This document shows positions 59,921-64,000 of a stretch of 64,000 bases of DNA, piece by piece. The DNA is taken from NCBI RefSeq assembly GCF_009914755.1, contig NC_060925.1. One strand, 5' to 3'. The stretch comes from the human T2T-CHM13v2.0 reference genome, Homo sapiens. The position numbers and the translations under genes were made by a program. Position 1 is the stretch's first letter. The number at the start of each line of letters is the position of its first letter. The notes beneath the pieces were generated by a model that saw nothing but the letters and a program-made list of their open reading frames with translations, ran no database searches and was not told the origin of the DNA.

Positions 59921-60556
59921 GTAAAACAAACAAACAAAAACCATTATTTGTTCTTAATGCTTTAATTCTTGAATAATTTTTCTTTTGGGAGGATATGGGG
60001 AAAGAATTGTTTCATTATATTAAAAAAGGTACTATGTGTTCTGTTTTCCTTATGTTAAGTATGTTATTGATGAGTGCAGCCAGTTACTAAATATTAAATG
60101 TCTCCATTTTTGTTTTAAAATCACCAGTGACTTTTACAATTAGAAAACTTAAGTTTTAGTGCTCTGCTTATTTTTCTGTGTCTTTGAAAAGACAGGAGAA
60201 AAGAAAGTAGAAGTATTGATGGTTCTTACCTACCTCATTGCTCTCCACAGAAGTTACCAGGAGCAGTCCTGATTCTGCAAAACTGAACTTCTGAGTGTAT
60301 GCTCTGTATCTCACTAAAAACTTTAGAGTGACAATCAGTGCACTCTAATTGTATTAAATTGCCAGGAGATGTGATGGGAATTAGGAGAAAGAATATTGTG
60401 TCTTTTAAACAATGTCCCCCTACGTCATTCTAATTAAATCACTTTATTGAAGGCCTCCTAGAGGCCAGTGTTGATTTTTTTCATATTAAAATATAAGATG
60501 CTTTTATAGTGATTAGAAAGCTCTGATCCTGAATTAGATGTAGAATTGTAGTGGGG

Positions 60557-60848
60557 TTTTTTTTCTTTGAGACAGAGTCTTGCACTGTCGCCCGGGCTGG
60601 AGTGCAGTGATGCGATCTTGGCTCACTGCAACCTCTGCCTCCCGGTTCAAGTGATTCTCCTGCCTCAGCCTCCCGAGTAGCTGGGATTATAGGTGCCTGC
60701 CACCACGCCCAGCTAATTTTTTGTATTTTTAGTAGAGACGGGATTTCACCATGTTTGCCAGGCTGGTCTCAAACTCCTGACCTCGTGATTCACCTGCCTC
60801 GGCCTCCCAAAGTGCTGGGATTACAGGTGTGAGCCACTGCACCCAGCC
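60557..60848 (-). mobile_element. Alu (AluS-like)
   Basis: Antisense dimer. Confidence 0.95.
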
Positions 60849-61205
60849 TCTTTATATCTTTAATTATTAATGTGAATGAACAGGCTATCCCGCAAAAGGA
60901 ATTTTGGTTACTATTTCAGTTAACATTTTTCAAGATGATAGTGTGACTTGCGTATCTCAGCAGTCTATCATGACTTAAATTTTGCTCTTGAATTTCTTGT
61001 TCTTATAAAAGCTGAGTTTTAGTATACAGGAACTTTTATTTATAAGCTTACTGTTGTTAGTTTTTATAGTTTTTGTTTATACTCTGAATTTCTGCTAAGC
61101 CTCCCAGTTGAATGTCTCATAACTTTCATTTTCTTCATCTCTAACAACTGGATTAAAATAAAATTTGGCTGCTTTGTTTTTTGTCTTTTTTGTTGTTGTT
61201 CTCAG

Positions 61206-61311
61206 GAAAGTCATCTCCCAAAACTCATTACACCTGCGGAAAAAGGAAGAGATTTAGAGTCACGACTCATAGAAGCATACGTTATTCAATGTCAGGCTGA
61301 AGCTCAAGAAG
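61206..61311 (+). CDS. BROX: BROX exon 7
   Basis: TTCTCAG acceptor and GTATCC donor; [35 protein letters not shown](V); 106 nt. Confidence 0.96.
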
Positions 61312-61384
61312 GTATCCTAAATATTGTAAGATTTTTTTAAATGAAAGTCTATATTGTCATTGAATTCCTCTTTAAAAATCAGAA

Positions 61385-61690
61385 GTTGGGCACTGTGGCT
61401 TATGCATGTAGTCCCAGCACTTTGGGAGGTCTAGGTGGGCAGCTCACTTGAGCCCAGGAGTTCAAGAACAGCCTGGGCAACGTGGCAAAACCCCAGCTCT
61501 ACAGAAAATACAAAAATTAGCTGGGCATGGTGGCACATTCCTGTAGTCCCAGCTTCCCACAAGGCTGAGATGGGAAGGATCGCTGGAGCCTGGGAGGTCA
61601 AAGCTGTAGTAAGGCAAGACCGTGCCACTGCACTTCACCCTGAGCAACAGTGTGAGACCCTGTCTCAAAACCATTAATTAATTAAAATAA
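61385..61690 (+). mobile_element. Alu (AluJ-like)
   Basis: Full dimer; TSD AAAAATCAGAA. Confidence 0.93.
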
Positions 61691-62017
61691 AAATCAGAAT
61701 TAGCCAGAATCAGGCTTTAGATTTTGAGAAATTTTAGAATGAGGAATAAGTTTACCTTTAGCATTTGCCTTCACTCTTAGTTAGCAGGAAAGGCCTTACA
61801 GTTTAATGGCTCTTTTTAAGAGGATTTTTATTTCATGTTACTTCTGATAGTACAACATTAATTCTTTAATTCATCTTTTCTCTCTACTGTGCTCATTCTT
61901 TTTTCTCTTTCACTCGTTGGCTTACCTTAATGTCTTCACCTTTCAATGGCAAGTAATAATGACACTCAACGTGAAACAATTAAGAAACTTTGTAGGCTTT
62001 CGTTTTTCTTTATTTCA

Positions 62018-62648
<631 letters not shown>

Positions 62649-62923
62649 AATTTGCTGTTAGGTCATGCTGTTTTGTAATAGTGATTCTCTATGATTAGCT
62701 GGTAATTTGCTGATGATTTATTTAAAGAAATGGCATTGGAACCAACAAACTCAGTGTTTTTTTGTTAATGTTTGCATTTTCTATAAGTTTGCACGTTAAA
62801 ACGTTTAACAAACTGTATTAAAATCCCAGAGAGATTATCAGACTGTCTTTTGCTATTATAATTGAATTTAGGATGAATAAAGTGAGCTTAATTATAGATT
62901 CACTTTATTGTGTTTGGTTACAG

Positions 62924-63013
62924 TAACAATTGCTCGAGCAATTGAACTAAAACATGCTCCTGGACTAATTGCTGCACTGGCGTATGAAACAGCCAATTTC
63001 TATCAAAAAGCTG
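62924..63013 (+). CDS. BROX: BROX exon 8 (gene continues beyond the window)
   Basis: GGTTACAG acceptor and GTAAGC donor; [29 protein letters not shown](D); 90 nt. Confidence 0.96.
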
Positions 63014-64000
63014 GTAAGCTTCTAATTCTGTCGTTACATTTTTAGTCTTTAGATTTTCAGATTTATTTGATCTTGAATAGGGAACAAAACAAAAGGGTTC
63101 TCAGATTCTGTCATTATTTGCAAAACTGGAGTAATATTTTATTTATTGCATTTAAAATAGAGCTGTTCATGTTTAGTATGCTGCATAACTTCTAATGGAG
63201 GGGAAAACCAGTGATGTCTCATAAAATTATACAGCTTTTTTGCTTAAAATTTTTTTTTAGTCTTTATAACAACCTTATAGTTACTATGCTTTAGACAAGA
63301 ATCCAAAATCCAGAGAGTTAACATGACCCATAATTCAACTGCTAGAAAGTGGGAGATTGGGCGTAGAACACAGCTCCTGTGATAAGCCTATTACTCTTCA
63401 TTTACTTATTTAGGAAACATGCATGTGTTTTTATTTATGGGATAGTTACTGTTTTTGTTGCTAAGGAGAGGTAAATAGAAAAGATCTGCAGTTTAGGGAA
63501 GAAGACAAACATGTAACCCCGTTATTATATCCTGAAGTAAGACATCACAGCGGCGAATTAGGAACCTTAACAAGCTGGGCATGCTAAAGAAGGACTCTAG
63601 AAGAAGATGCTTTAGCCTTATTGTGAAGTGTAAATAAAAGTCTTATGTTCCCTAGGAAGCTTTAGAGTTTGGGTGTAGAATTCTATAGTAAGTACAGACA
63701 TAAGAAAGAACTTAGCACATTCTGGAAACTTCAGACAGTGACCTGAAACACAGGATGAGTGGTAGGAGAAGAGTTTGAAAAAGTATGCATGCTTGGAATC
63801 AAACACTGGTTTGTAAGCCATTCTGTAGATACTTGGGAATGTATCTACATTAAAAGCCTGACTTGATTGGATTTGAATTTAAGAAAGGTCCCTATAGTTG
63901 CAGTATTAGAGATAGGCTTGCTACATGAAGGAGTAATAGGCTAACTTAACTTAGCACTTAAGAAATTCTTAAAGTTTATGAAGGAAATGATGAAAGCTTT

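Overview
Human (primate) genomic DNA, recognisable as the 1q41 MIA3-AIDA-BROX locus. It contains the last coding exon and 3'UTR of MIA3/TANGO1 (+), and the complete 10-exon AIDA gene (-), whose exons I assembled by hand into a 921-nt ORF (306 aa) with GT-AG introns. It also contains a CpG-island bidirectional promoter and exons 1-8 of BROX (+, continues past the window end). There is essentially no intergenic DNA: MIA3 and AIDA appear to end on back-to-back ATTAAA signals set in an imperfect palindrome, and AIDA and BROX share one promoter. Introns hold about 35 Alus plus L1, L2, MIR, LTR and DNA-transposon fossils. Most ORF-track entries are Alu or microsatellite artefacts. I found no new multi-gene system. 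The best second-look items are: a C5orf15/KCT2 processed pseudogene nested in a long hAT-Charlie transposase fossil in AIDA intron 6; the shared palindromic 3'-end element; a candidate TDP-43-type poison cryptic exon in BROX intron 2; a uORF chain with TAATG stop-start overlap plus a G-quadruplex in the AIDA leader; a multi-step templated insertion in an Alu; a tailless 5S retropseudogene; and a non-repeat duplication flanking BROX exon 5. Gene and repeat-family names come from recalled protein and consensus sequences, not from database searches, and repeat boundaries are approximate.
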